DNA of 64,000 nucleotides. Origin: Candidatus Pacebacteria bacterium GW2011_GWA1_46_10 (GTDB taxonomy: Bacteria > Patescibacteriota > Microgenomatia > UBA1400 > PJMF01). How positions within the stretch are numbered: the stretch's first letter is position 1; every line of letters starts with the position of its first letter. The translations under genes and the position numbers were made by a program. Under the pieces are notes generated by a model. That model saw only the letters and a list, made by a program, of their open reading frames with translations, was not told the origin of the DNA and did no database searches. The stretch covers positions 41,198-105,197 of the forward strand of contig LCLP01000003.1 in the NCBI GenBank assembly GCA_001002135.1. Direction: 5' to 3'. Below, one piece after another: positions 46,760-56,842 of the stretch.

Positions 46760-47041
46760 CTAAATTTTTTTGGATTTCTCCCGACTCTCGAGAAATTCAA
46801 GCATCTTTTGACGAATAAAAGGAGTGACGCCTCTCTTTTTTTGAGCGGCAATTTTCCGCAACCGAGCCAAATCAACTACTGAAAAGCGAATAGCCACCAC
46901 CTTTTCAAGATTCTTGGCATAAACACTTTTAGGCCGCTGGTTAAAATCGATGTAATCAGAAAGGTTGTGAGTCTGCCAAAAACTTTTTTCCTCCTGATAA
47001 TTTTTGAATTTTGGAATTTGTTTGAAACTCTTCTTGGGCAT
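46760..47041 (-). CDS. orphan CopG/BrnA-like antitoxin
   Basis: IPKFKNYQEEKSFWQTH, VAIRFS..LRKIA RHH tail; no toxin gene adjacent. Confidence 0.75.
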   Translation of the reverse strand: MPKKSFKQIPKFKNYQEEKSFWQTHNLSDYIDFNQRPKSVYAKNLEKVVAIRFSVVDLARLRKIAAQKKRGVTPFIRQKMLEFLESREKSKKI

Positions 47042-47077
47042 CTAAACTTTCTCCAAACTTTTAGTTCGCAACACCTT

Positions 47078-47148
47078 TGTTTGTAGAAATGACTCTCAAT
47101 TTTTGTAATACAATGTATTACAAATTTAAGGAGTCATTTCTACAAACA
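47078..47148. repeat. 71-bp palindromic element
   Basis: Perfect 18-bp outer IR (47078-47095/47131-47148) and 11-bp inner IR (47102-47112/47114-47124). Confidence 0.85.
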
Positions 47149-47215
47149 GATATCCCTCTCAACCGAAACACCCCGCTAAACCGAGTAACTCATAAAGCAA
47201 CATCACCCGATGAGA

Positions 47216-48310
47216 TTATTTCAGCGACCATCTATTACCAACTTGCTCGATCAAACCAAGCATCTCGAGTTCAACCAACTGAATAGCCAGTTCCGACGAG
47301 TTACAAGCCAGCTTTTCCTGTAAAATATCGGTTGTCATCGACTCGTTCCAGAGTAACTCACACACTTTTCTTTTCAACTCAGGCAGTTGTGCCCAAGTCT
47401 GGCGCTGGACTTCAATTTTGCGAAACTGTCGCTTGGTCAAGCCAAACATTTCTCCTGCACTATTCACCAACTGCGCCCCCTCATTGAGGAGTTGTTGCGT
47501 TCCTACCGAAAACCGGCTGTAAATCGAGCCTGGGACCGCCCAAACATCTCGGCCTAACTCTGCAGCACAATGAGCGGTAATTAAACTGCCGCTATCCTCA
47601 GCTCCCTCAATCACCAGCACTCCTTCACTCATCCCTGCCACCACGGTGTTACGGGCCGGAAAATTACCTGGTTTAGCTGGTACATGTGGTGCAAAAGGAC
47701 TGAAAAAAGTCGCTCCTCGATCCAAAAACCAATACAGTAAAGCTCGCTGTTCGGGCGGATACATATGATCAAAGCCAAAACCCAAAACCCCCACTGTTTT
47801 ACCACCAGCTGCCAAGGTGGCACGCTGAGCCGCTACGTCTACTCCATACATAAAACCGGAAACGATCGTTTTGCCAAACTGCACGAGTGGTGGAATAAAG
47901 TCTCGCACCACTCGCCGCCCATAATCAGTGATGCTTCTGGTTCCCACCACCGCTAAAAAAGCCTCTTTCCCACTCAGTTGCGGACCGCGCGCGAACAAAA
48001 GCGGCGGATGACGGGGCAACTGTTCTAAAAGTGGCGGAAACTCCCCCTCTGCTGGCAATACTACCCGAATACCTTTTTCACTCAAAGACTCAAAATATGA
48101 ACTACTGGTGTACTCTTTTTTAAACTTTCTAATTGATTGAACAACCTTTTCTTGTAGCTTTATTTTTTGCCAGATATTACCTTTTCCGACCCAAAAATCA
48201 GCTTCCGTGCCTTCGGCTTCTGTCAGGGTTTTTAAAACCTGATGAAACGTCACCGCTCCGACGCCATCTAAAGCATAGAGAGCTGTTTGAAATTCCTTTA
48301 ACCATTGCAC
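47216..48310 (-). CDS. dprA: DNA-processing protein DprA
   Basis: AVVGTR..YG, IVSGFMYGVD, FPARN, SGSLITA, AVPG. Confidence 0.95.
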   Translation of the reverse strand: MQWLKEFQTALYALDGVGAVTFHQVLKTLTEAEGTEADFWVGKGNIWQKIKLQEKVVQSIRKFKKEYTSSSYFESLSEKGIRVVLPAEGEFPPLLEQLPRHPPLLFARGPQLSGKEAFLAVVGTRSITDYGRRVVRDFIPPLVQFGKTIVSGFMYGVDVAAQRATLAAGGKTVGVLGFGFDHMYPPEQRALLYWFLDRGATFFSPFAPHVPAKPGNFPARNTVVAGMSEGVLVIEGAEDSGSLITAHCAAELGRDVWAVPGSIYSRFSVGTQQLLNEGAQLVNSAGEMFGLTKRQFRKIEVQRQTWAQLPELKRKVCELLWNESMTTDILQEKLACNSSELAIQLVELEMLGLIEQVGNRWSLK

Positions 48311-48389
48311 TTTTTCAGTGTACTAAGAGCGTGCCAACACTAAGCGTAACAAACCACGTGCAGGGGTTGTTTGGTGTAAAACGTTTTAT

Positions 48390-50342
48390 TTAAGGGGGAG
48401 TCGGTCGGCCAACTAGCCAATCCAAGATCGCGCGCGCCACTGGGGCCGCATCTGCCGAACCTTCTCTGAATGGCTGTTCATCATCACTTTCCACCAGCAC
48501 CAAAATTGTCAGCGTTTCTGGTAAATCGGCGGCTTTCACCTTCCTTAACCAACGCTGGCGTTCTTGATTAAGATCAAGTGCTGTTTCATCGGTCACCATG
48601 GCTGAAGTGGTAGCTTCAACTACCTCAGCATCCTCGGTCTTAGCGATTGCCGCTAAATCAGCTTGAATCAAATCATTAATACCCCCGATCACCATGCCAA
48701 ACCAGGCGTGAGTGCGGCGGCGGCCTTGCGCATCCTCACTGCCAAACTCGGCTGTGCCAGTTTTACACGCCGCCATTCCCCGCCGAATCCGTTCGGCCGG
48801 CGACAAACTTATCGGCGACAAACTGACCGGTGATACGTCAGCCGACTGGGGTGATGACTCATCTCTCAATTGGTTTTCAAGTTGTCCCTGGCGAGCGCTG
48901 TTCCAGTCAAACAACGGAAAGGCCGTTCCGCCGGCCGAACAAGCCCCAATCATCCCCTCTTGAATCGCCGCCACCGCCTGCTCTGTCAGTCCCAGCGAGC
49001 CACACCGAGCGGCCGCCGCCGCCCGATTCTCCGGTGCCACCACCGATAATTCGCAAATCGCCCCCTCATTGCCAAACACACTGACCATTCGCGCCAACTG
49101 AACTGGTGTCACCAGTAAATCCCCCTGCCCAATTCCCAAGTGATAGGTATTTCCTAGAAACCAGCGCTCACCCAACGTTTTCTCTTTCCACTCTGGATTT
49201 GGCACCAAACCCACTGCTTCACCTGGCACCTCAATCCCGGTTGACTCACCAAAACCAAACTCATGAGCCTTTTGTACTAACGCTTCCACTCCAGTCCATT
49301 CTGCTGCCTTGTAAAAGAAAGTGTCATTACTCCTGGTAATAGCTCGCACTAAGGAAATTACCCCCTCTACTCGACCGTATTGGGTGTAATACCAATTAGC
49401 AAATTGTGTTCCACCGGCCTCAATAAACCCTTGATCATCGACCAGTGTGTTGAGGTCAAAAGCCCCACTGTCCAAACCAGCCGAGGCCGTGACCAGTTTA
49501 AACATCGAACCTGGGGCATATTGACCACTCATCGCCCGATTAAAAAAGAGCTGTCGCTCATCAGTTAATGCCTGTTGTAGAGCGGTTTGACGCTCTTGCT
49601 CCTCCAGTATGCTGGTCGAGGCAAAAAGATTGCTGTTGAAACTGGGTGAACTGAGTAGAGTGAGGACCGCCCCCGTTTGCGCATCAAGAATAACCACCGC
49701 CCCTTTTTTATCCCCCATCGCCCGCCAAGCAGCTGAAGAAAGGTATGGATCAATGGTCGTCTTCACCGGCTGACCAACCTTGGGTGGTTGACTAAACTCG
49801 ACAGTCTGCTTTTCTCCCACCGAATTAATCTCAAATTCTTGGTAGCCATCAGTCCCCCGCAGTAAGTTATCGTAGCGTTGCTCCAACCCCATTCTCCCCA
49901 CTAAATCAGTCATTTTAAGCGAACTGTCTTCAGATAAATCGTCGTTATTGACCACTGAGATGTATCCCAGTAAATGAGCCAGAGAAAAGGGCCTGACGTA
50001 CTTTCGCTCCAGCGTCCAGCCGATTGAAAATGGGTCGCTCACTTGCGCCGAAAGCGCTTCTTCTTGAGAAACAGGTGTCGTAACCGAAAACAGCTTTAAA
50101 GGTTCGGTGTAACGATAGTACTGACGGGTGTTGATCACCAATGGATCGCCAAAACGATCCAAAAACACTCCTCGTTCAGCCGGTATATCTAACCGAAACT
50201 GCCGATTTTCTTCAGAAATAAGCCGAAACAGCTGACCGCGCACCACTTGGAGATCCACTACTCTGACCAACAGTAGTCCTAAGCTTAAAAGAGCTGTAAT
50301 TTTTAAGAAATTGATGAACGTTTGACGTTTGTCATTTGCCAT
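48390..50342 (-). CDS. mrdA: penicillin-binding protein 2 (class B transpeptidase)
   Basis: RGVFLDR, PGSMFK (SxxK), SNDTFFY, IGQG, KTGTAE; follows mreCD. Confidence 0.88.
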   Translation of the reverse strand: MANDKRQTFINFLKITALLSLGLLLVRVVDLQVVRGQLFRLISEENRQFRLDIPAERGVFLDRFGDPLVINTRQYYRYTEPLKLFSVTTPVSQEEALSAQVSDPFSIGWTLERKYVRPFSLAHLLGYISVVNNDDLSEDSSLKMTDLVGRMGLEQRYDNLLRGTDGYQEFEINSVGEKQTVEFSQPPKVGQPVKTTIDPYLSSAAWRAMGDKKGAVVILDAQTGAVLTLLSSPSFNSNLFASTSILEEQERQTALQQALTDERQLFFNRAMSGQYAPGSMFKLVTASAGLDSGAFDLNTLVDDQGFIEAGGTQFANWYYTQYGRVEGVISLVRAITRSNDTFFYKAAEWTGVEALVQKAHEFGFGESTGIEVPGEAVGLVPNPEWKEKTLGERWFLGNTYHLGIGQGDLLVTPVQLARMVSVFGNEGAICELSVVAPENRAAAAARCGSLGLTEQAVAAIQEGMIGACSAGGTAFPLFDWNSARQGQLENQLRDESSPQSADVSPVSLSPISLSPAERIRRGMAACKTGTAEFGSEDAQGRRRTHAWFGMVIGGINDLIQADLAAIAKTEDAEVVEATTSAMVTDETALDLNQERQRWLRKVKAADLPETLTILVLVESDDEQPFREGSADAAPVARAILDWLVGRPTPP

Positions 50343-50743
50343 GGAAAGCTCCGTATTCTCCCGCCTAAAAGTTTGAAAAAGAGTCCAAAACTAATCAGCG
50401 TTGAAATGATAGTTAAAGAATGAAGCGAGGGTTGAGTCAACACCCCCACTACAATAGCCCCAAACCAGGAAGGTGCCAAGCGCTGCCAAGTATTTTTCCG
50501 AGTACGCTCGGTCACCTGCCAAATCAAGATGACCAGTCCCGCCGAGACGCTCAAGGGGAGCGAGTAAGCAACCGAGATCATGATACTGACCACTCCTACA
50601 CTCACTACGATCGGTGATGGCCGGAAACCGATTAACCATTCTCCCGCCACGTAAAAACTAATCCAAGGTAAACCGACCACCGACTCCAATGTGAGGAGTA
50701 AAACCCACACTAGCCAGCGAAAAACCAGCGTGAGCATACTCAT
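50303..50743 (-). CDS. membrane protein in the MreD position
   Basis: Hydrophobic 146-aa ORF between mreC and PBP2. Confidence 0.6.
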   Translation of the reverse strand: MSMLTLVFRWLVWVLLLTLESVVGLPWISFYVAGEWLIGFRPSPIVVSVGVVSIMISVAYSLPLSVSAGLVILIWQVTERTRKNTWQRLAPSWFGAIVVGVLTQPSLHSLTIISTLISFGLFFKLLGGRIRSFPWQMTNVKRSSIS

Positions 50744-51528
50744 CAGCGCACCTCCACTATGCTAGTGGTAAAAAACGACGCATATTGCTCAATGACCGCC
50801 GTCTGCACCGACGAGGCTGGTTCATTGATGACACTGACAATCCGGCCAATCGGTAAGTTCTGCTCTATCTGCGGCTGCCCAAGCGTCACTACCCTGTCAC
50901 CTACTCTGATCACGTCTTCCTTAGACACTTGAGTAAAAAGCACTTTTTTTCCATCGCCCACCACTAAACCTTTCACTCCAGATTCTGTCTGTGCGAGTAC
51001 CGGCAACGCATTTGCTGTCAAAAGCAGAGTGACTTGTGATTCATAGAGACTCACTCGAGTGACCTGTCCCAACAGAGTGTTTCGACTTAACACGATCGCC
51101 CCAACCTCAACACCTGCTTGAGAACCAGCGGCAATCGCTGGTTTTGAAAAGGCAATAATCGGCGCCGCGACCACCGTTCGTTCACTTGGTCGATCAGTGT
51201 TCGTCAGTAAAAACCTCAGTTCCTCGTTCTCGCGCCGCAGGGTGGCTAACTCAGCCAAGGACGCTGAAGCCTCGGCTAACCTCAGCTCCAAGTCTTGAAT
51301 TCTGGCCGCTGATTTGGGCAGTTTTAAGGCACTTTGCCAAATCAAATAGGCTTGGTTTAGCCCCACCACCCACACTTGCCTCACCGGCACCAAGCCCCGG
51401 CCGATGACACTATTGACTGACTGAGAAAAACCGGTCACATCCAATACCGCCAAACAGGCAATCAGAAACAGCACCTGCTGCCACCGCGTCAGTCGAAAGC
51501 TCATTTTCGTTCGCTCTATGGCATCCAC
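50743..51528 (-). CDS. mreC: rod shape-determining protein MreC
   Basis: TM plus coiled coil LRRENEELR, GVEVG..V, GDRVVT.G, PIGRI. Confidence 0.88.
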   Translation of the reverse strand: MDAIERTKMSFRLTRWQQVLFLIACLAVLDVTGFSQSVNSVIGRGLVPVRQVWVVGLNQAYLIWQSALKLPKSAARIQDLELRLAEASASLAELATLRRENEELRFLLTNTDRPSERTVVAAPIIAFSKPAIAAGSQAGVEVGAIVLSRNTLLGQVTRVSLYESQVTLLLTANALPVLAQTESGVKGLVVGDGKKVLFTQVSKEDVIRVGDRVVTLGQPQIEQNLPIGRIVSVINEPASSVQTAVIEQYASFFTTSIVEVR

Positions 51529-52391
51529 TGTACCCCTCCAATCAACTCAAACTCCGAGTGTAAATACACGGTATTTACTTGATATTTTTCTTGTACTAAT
51601 TGGTTTAAAAACGCATCACCAATCACCACCCAGTGATTGGGTTGAGCTTGAACAAATAAAGGTAAAGCCATGAGTGGCTGAAGTTCACGCATTAACTGCT
51701 GGGTGAAAAATTCTCTGAGAGTTTCAACCATCGATGCTTTCAGAGCAAGGGTGGTCACTTGCTGTGTCTGAATGCTTCTGCCTCGCACCACGTGAGACTG
51801 AATCTCTTTTCTTCTACCCATCAACTGATACAGCTCGCGCGCTGTTTCCAAAGAGACCTCGATTTTTCCCTCTTCACGAAGAAACAGCTGGATTTCATGG
51901 TCTGCTGCCAACAGCGAGTGTGCCAGCACTACGCCAGCCTGATCTTGAGGGGAAAAGACAACTCCTTCACCAACGTCACTGCCCACATAAAGACCCAGAC
52001 CGGTGTGGATCGCTTGGCGTTCCCCAAACGCTCTCATCGCCGTAGCGTATGAAACAAGCGTCACTTTTTGAAACCCTGCCTTTTGAAAAACCTCACGAAC
52101 CACTTTTCGCTCCAAAGGTGAACTGTCAGTCGCCACAAAAACTACGGCCGCGCGAAAAACAAAAGGTTGAGTGGTAGTAAGGCCTTCTTGCTCACCAGTG
52201 CTGGTAATGGTAGTAACGGCCTCATGAAAATCACTGACTTGACCATGAGTAAAGCCGGCGTGATGTGTGAGGAGTAAGCGTCTCTTTTTCTTTCGCCAAA
52301 TAAAGAGTAGTTCCTGACTAGAAAACCAAAAAACGGCTTGCTCCTGGGAGAAAAAAGCGGTAATGAACTTTGGGACACGCAAGAGTTTCAT
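51516..52391 (-). CDS. highly divergent MreB/actin-like protein
   Basis: GQVSDF, SPLERKVVREVFQKAG, upstream of mreC; canonical phosphate loops degenerate. Confidence 0.65.
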   Translation of the reverse strand: MKLLRVPKFITAFFSQEQAVFWFSSQELLFIWRKKKRRLLLTHHAGFTHGQVSDFHEAVTTITSTGEQEGLTTTQPFVFRAAVVFVATDSSPLERKVVREVFQKAGFQKVTLVSYATAMRAFGERQAIHTGLGLYVGSDVGEGVVFSPQDQAGVVLAHSLLAADHEIQLFLREEGKIEVSLETARELYQLMGRRKEIQSHVVRGRSIQTQQVTTLALKASMVETLREFFTQQLMRELQPLMALPLFVQAQPNHWVVIGDAFLNQLVQEKYQVNTVYLHSEFELIGGVQWMP

Positions 52392-52447
52392 ACTATATAC
52401 CCTCGAGCCTAACAAAAGCTGTTCACAAATACCAGTCAAAGTGAAAC

Positions 52448-53446
52448 TTAGGTAGTCAAAGTATTGAGAAGCTGAGCGCCAGTCTTCCAGCGGCCATGCA
52501 AAATGTGCTGTTCAGCCTGCTGGATTTTGGTCATCTCATCAGGCTTAGTGGCGTAATACTCTTTCATCCCAGCCAATCGCTCTTTGACCATGTCTTCCTT
52601 GAGCTCTAAGGCTTTTTCTAACATGATTTCTTCGATATCCGGCACCAATTGCTCGACTTTTTGAATTAACTGTTCTTGGCGAGCAGTGTCAGTCAGGTCA
52701 GTCTTCTTTCGGAGAGCCTGAATTTCTTTAAGTTGGTTGTCATCAATCAACAATGCCAGATCCTTATCCAAAAAATCTTCCCATAACGCTTGCTGTAATT
52801 CATCTAAAAAGGCTTCTTTTTCGTGCTCGTCAGCCTTCATCACCCCCAACAGCTCAAAGATATTTTGTTCTTCAATCGCTTCTTTATCAGCGGCAGGGAA
52901 GTCCTTGCCTGCGTCAGACGAGGTCGAGGAACCGGCCACCGGCTGAGCCACTGGCATCGTGTTTGCCGGTGAATTGGGGTGTTTGAGCATGTACTTAAAT
53001 TCATCCGCCGTCATGGTCTTGTCATCATCTTTCGGCTGAGGCGTCGATTGAGCGGGGGCTGCTGATTGAACAGAGGTTGATCGAGTAGTAGTTGATTGAG
53101 CACCCGGCTTTTGCCTGTATTTACGATCGTACTCATCCAACACCCGTTCCAACTCAGCCAAAGGATCTTCTTTCAAATCAGTTGAGGGAATAGTCCCAGC
53201 CTGCTTAACGACCGCTTGATGCTTGGCTTGGTTTTGTTTTTGCCTGGCTTCGTATTCACTCAGCGCTTTTTCCAGCTCGGCTAAAGGGTCACTGGTGGTG
53301 GAAGAAGTTGGAACTGACCCAGCAGGTTGAGGTGGGGTTGAGGAACCACCAACCGGCTTAACGCTCCCTGAGGCCGGCGGTGAGTACGAATCAACGTATG
53401 AGTTTTGAGCAGAAGATTGGTGGTTGGGCAGGCTGGTGTCAGTCAT
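52448..53446 (-). CDS. hypothetical protein, disordered N-terminus with repeated DPLAELE motif and a DUF5663-like C-terminus
   Basis: DPLAELEKALSEYE / DPLAELERVLDEYD; NIFELLGV..EKEAFLDEL. Confidence 0.7.
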   Translation of the reverse strand: MTDTSLPNHQSSAQNSYVDSYSPPASGSVKPVGGSSTPPQPAGSVPTSSTTSDPLAELEKALSEYEARQKQNQAKHQAVVKQAGTIPSTDLKEDPLAELERVLDEYDRKYRQKPGAQSTTTRSTSVQSAAPAQSTPQPKDDDKTMTADEFKYMLKHPNSPANTMPVAQPVAGSSTSSDAGKDFPAADKEAIEEQNIFELLGVMKADEHEKEAFLDELQQALWEDFLDKDLALLIDDNQLKEIQALRKKTDLTDTARQEQLIQKVEQLVPDIEEIMLEKALELKEDMVKERLAGMKEYYATKPDEMTKIQQAEQHILHGRWKTGAQLLNTLTT

Positions 53447-53540
53447 GAATGGCAATAATTATATGCTGCTTTTGAGCAAATATACTATAACAGAAATTGA
53501 CCCATCAGCTGTAGATGTAAAACGGTACAATAAAAAAATC

Positions 53541-55580
53541 ATGAGTTTTGTTGCCGCCATTACTTTCGCTTTCCACGCCCTTCTCCTTACGCTTCCCTTC
53601 GTCTTTACTTGGTCCAACAGTGAGTTGTTTGAGTTTAATAAAATGCTGGCAGTGTATGGCTTTACCGTCGTCATTGGCAGTCTCTGGTTAGCACGGATGA
53701 TCCGGGAGAAACGTTTTATTTGGCGACAAGATCCAATAGCTCTTTTGGTACTGATCTTTTTAACTGGTCAAGCAGTGGCCACCCTTTTTTCCATTCATTT
53801 TCGCACCTCAATCTTTGGCTTTTACAGTCGTCTCAATGGCGGGTTTCTTTCTTCACTCTCGTACACCATATTGGTGCTGGCATTAATTAATAATGTCTCC
53901 AAAAAACAAACTTTGCCGTTGCTTCTCACCACGCTGGTCGGAGCTTTTTTGGCTGCACTCTACGCTCTGCCGGAACATTTCGGCGTTTCCCCCAGCTGTT
54001 ACCTCATTCAAAAAAAATGGGATGTTGCTTGCTGGAAACAAGACGTTCAAGCGCGAGTATTTGGCACCTTCGGCCAACCAAACTGGCTGGCGATGTACCT
54101 GATCGGCTCGATACCAATCGCCTGGGTTTTTCTGCAAAAACAAGGTAAGGCCAAAAATTTCTGGCTGGGAACACTAGCAGTATTCCTGCTCGTTTTGTGG
54201 TTTACCCAATCACGCTCGGGCTTCGTAGCCTTGGCGGCAGGAGTGGCTACTTTGGCTCTCTTTCACTGGCAAGCCGTCTGGCTTAAGAAAATGAAAGCCC
54301 TGCTTCGACCACGCTGGTTAAGAGCAACTGGAGTGGTTGGTATCATTGGCGTACTGCTGGCTGGCGGCGTGCTGTTGGGGAAGGTCATTCCTTCCAGTGA
54401 AGGCGGTGAGTCCTTTGACCTGTCGCAAGGCACTGGGTCTGGGTCAATTCGCTTGATTGTTTGGCGTGGGGCGCTCAAGGTATGGCAGCGCGCTCCATGG
54501 TTTGGCTCAGGGCCTGGCACTTTTGCTTACAGTTACTATCAAGACCGACCGGTCGAACATAACCTCGTCTCGGAATGGAACTTCCTTTATAACAAAGCTC
54601 ACAACGAATTCCTTAATTACCTGGCCGAAACCGGTTTAGTTGGTTTGACTACCTATCTAACTTTCCTCATTGGTCTCTTTTGGCTCTTGCAGGTCAAGCA
54701 AACCAGAAAATCACCCGTCGTCACTGTTCATCAAGCTGTTTTCGCCAGCTTGGTCGGTCTGTCAGTCACTCACTTCTTCGGCTTCTCCACGGTCACCAGC
54801 AACCTGCTACTCTTTCTCCTGCCGGCCATCGCTTTGCTCCAACCGAAAACTGACACTGCCAATTTTCCCAAAAGACTAAAGCCTTGGCAAAAACTGTCAT
54901 TTGGTGGCTTGGCTTTGGTGGTCATCGCTCTTTTTTGGCAGCTACTGGCCATCTGGGAGGCTGATTGGTGGTACACCAATGGCAAGAAGTTACAAACAGA
55001 ACTTGAATATGCCGAGGCTGTCACCGCTTTGCAAACAGCGACAAAAATCAAACCAACCGAGGCGCTCTACTATGATGAATTGGCCAATCTCTATTCAAAA
55101 CTGGCCTTAGAATATTCGCTGGTTGGTGAGACCACTGCCAGTGCACAACTGACTGAGGCAGCCCTGCAAAACACTGACTTCACCTTGCTTTTGAATCCAC
55201 ACCACCTTAACTTCTATAAAACCAGAGTGCGGGTGCTTTTTATGCTGGCCCAAATCGACCAGCAATACCTGGCCCAGGCAGAAAAAACACTCAAAGCTGC
55301 CCTAGAGCTTGCCCCGACCGACGCTCAGCTTTGGTATAACCTGGGCATTGTCCAGCAAGAGTTAAGTAAATATGACGAAGCAGTGCAGACGTTACAGTAC
55401 ACTGTTAATCTCAAACCCAATTATGTTCGCGCTCGCTCACAACTAGGGGACCTCCTCATTCAGCTTGGCCGCATTGAAGAAGGCAAAGCCCAGTACCAAT
55501 TCATCCTCGAAAAACTGTCTTCCACTGACGAAGAAGTGAGAACCAAGTTAAACGCGCTGGAAACACCAACCACAGAATGA
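53541..55580 (+). CDS. O-antigen ligase family protein with C-terminal TPRs
   Basis: RVFGTFGQPN, TQSRSG, RLIVW..PWFGSG, KAHNEFL, TPR repeats. Confidence 0.9.
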   Translation: MSFVAAITFAFHALLLTLPFVFTWSNSELFEFNKMLAVYGFTVVIGSLWLARMIREKRFIWRQDPIALLVLIFLTGQAVATLFSIHFRTSIFGFYSRLNGGFLSSLSYTILVLALINNVSKKQTLPLLLTTLVGAFLAALYALPEHFGVSPSCYLIQKKWDVACWKQDVQARVFGTFGQPNWLAMYLIGSIPIAWVFLQKQGKAKNFWLGTLAVFLLVLWFTQSRSGFVALAAGVATLALFHWQAVWLKKMKALLRPRWLRATGVVGIIGVLLAGGVLLGKVIPSSEGGESFDLSQGTGSGSIRLIVWRGALKVWQRAPWFGSGPGTFAYSYYQDRPVEHNLVSEWNFLYNKAHNEFLNYLAETGLVGLTTYLTFLIGLFWLLQVKQTRKSPVVTVHQAVFASLVGLSVTHFFGFSTVTSNLLLFLLPAIALLQPKTDTANFPKRLKPWQKLSFGGLALVVIALFWQLLAIWEADWWYTNGKKLQTELEYAEAVTALQTATKIKPTEALYYDELANLYSKLALEYSLVGETTASAQLTEAALQNTDFTLLLNPHHLNFYKTRVRVLFMLAQIDQQYLAQAEKTLKAALELAPTDAQLWYNLGIVQQELSKYDEAVQTLQYTVNLKPNYVRARSQLGDLLIQLGRIEEGKAQYQFILEKLSSTDEEVRTKLNALETPTTE

Positions 55581-56230
55581 AAATCGACGAAATTTACCGC
55601 CGGTACCACCTCCCACCCGGACTCCAGCAACACCAGCTCACTGTGGCCGCGGTGGGTAAATACCTTATCGACTATTGGCAAGGACCAGCAATTGATGAGT
55701 CAGCGATTGTCACCGCTTTACTCGTCCATGATCTTGGCAACTTGGTGAAATTTGACCTGACTGGGAGTACAAAGGCGCTCGACCCTACTTTGCTGACCAA
55801 TGAGTGGCGTGAACAACAAACCCAACTGCGCGCCAAATATGGCTATCACTCACACCAAGCCACTTTACAAATGTTACAAGAACTAGGTCTACCCGAAAAA
55901 GTCAGACAACTGGCCGCCAAAATGAACGCTGCCGATGTTTGTCAGATCGCCGAGGACTCACTGGCACAACAAATCTGCGAATACGCCGATCTGAGAGTGA
56001 TTCCAACTGGCGTAACATCATTACACGATCGATTAGTAGATCTGCGGCACCGCTACTCGCACCATCCTGGTTGGGACAACGAAATAAACTTTCAACAAAA
56101 TGTCACCTGTGCCAAACAAATCGAAGATAGACTCCAACAACACACCAGTGTCGACATCACTCAGATTCCGCCAGAGAAAATTCAGGCCCTTCTGGTAAAA
56201 TTACCCCAGTTTGCAATCCAAACAAACTAG
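55577..56230 (+). CDS. HD-domain protein
   Basis: HQLTVA, LVHDLGN, YADLRV. Confidence 0.8.
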   Translation: MKIDEIYRRYHLPPGLQQHQLTVAAVGKYLIDYWQGPAIDESAIVTALLVHDLGNLVKFDLTGSTKALDPTLLTNEWREQQTQLRAKYGYHSHQATLQMLQELGLPEKVRQLAAKMNAADVCQIAEDSLAQQICEYADLRVIPTGVTSLHDRLVDLRHRYSHHPGWDNEINFQQNVTCAKQIEDRLQQHTSVDITQIPPEKIQALLVKLPQFAIQTN

Positions 56231-56233
56231 GGT

Positions 56234-56794
56234 ATGAAGATTATCACCATTCCCCACCCTACTCTCCGCCAGACGGCCACGAAAGTGACCAAGTTTTCTG
56301 ATGATCTTCAACGGTTTGTAAAAAACCTGCAAACCACCCTCCAGCAAACCAACAATCCGCGCGGGGTGGGACTAGCCGCTCCGCAAGTTGATCGTCTCAT
56401 CAGGGTCTTTGCCACTCACATCGAAGAAGACGCTCAAGTCATGCCGCGCATCTTTATCAACCCAGTGGCCACCAAACAGAGTAAAAAACACACCTTTGGC
56501 GCTGACCCGGAAAACCCTCGGTTGGAAGGGTGTTTATCAATGCCGCTTTTATACGGTCCTGTACCCCGCTGGGAATGGGTCGAAGTGGAGTATCAAACCT
56601 ACCAAGACAATCAATTAGTGGAAAAACGAGAGCGTTTCGATGGTTTCCATGCTCGGGTAATCCAACATGAAATCGATCACTTAAACGGCATTCTTTTTAC
56701 CGATTACTCACTCAAATACGAGCTACCGGTTTACCGCGAAGTAAAAAATGAGCTCGTCGAACTCACCGATCGCAGTATTTTAGAACTCTATTAA
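56234..56794 (+). CDS. def: peptide deformylase
   Basis: GVGLAAPQV, EGCLS, QHEIDHLNG. Confidence 0.97.
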   Translation: MKIITIPHPTLRQTATKVTKFSDDLQRFVKNLQTTLQQTNNPRGVGLAAPQVDRLIRVFATHIEEDAQVMPRIFINPVATKQSKKHTFGADPENPRLEGCLSMPLLYGPVPRWEWVEVEYQTYQDNQLVEKRERFDGFHARVIQHEIDHLNGILFTDYSLKYELPVYREVKNELVELTDRSILELY

Positions 56795-56842
56795 CTACTC
56801 ATTTAACTATTAACTTTAAACTACTAACTTTTTAAACCGACC

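Noticed and set aside
39331-47153. CRISPR array from the palindromic repeats
   Set aside because: Copies are kilobases apart, with no regular spacers and no cas genes.
56795-56842. TAACT-rich stretch between def and fmt
   Set aside because: Short, irregular low-complexity spacer with no further structure.
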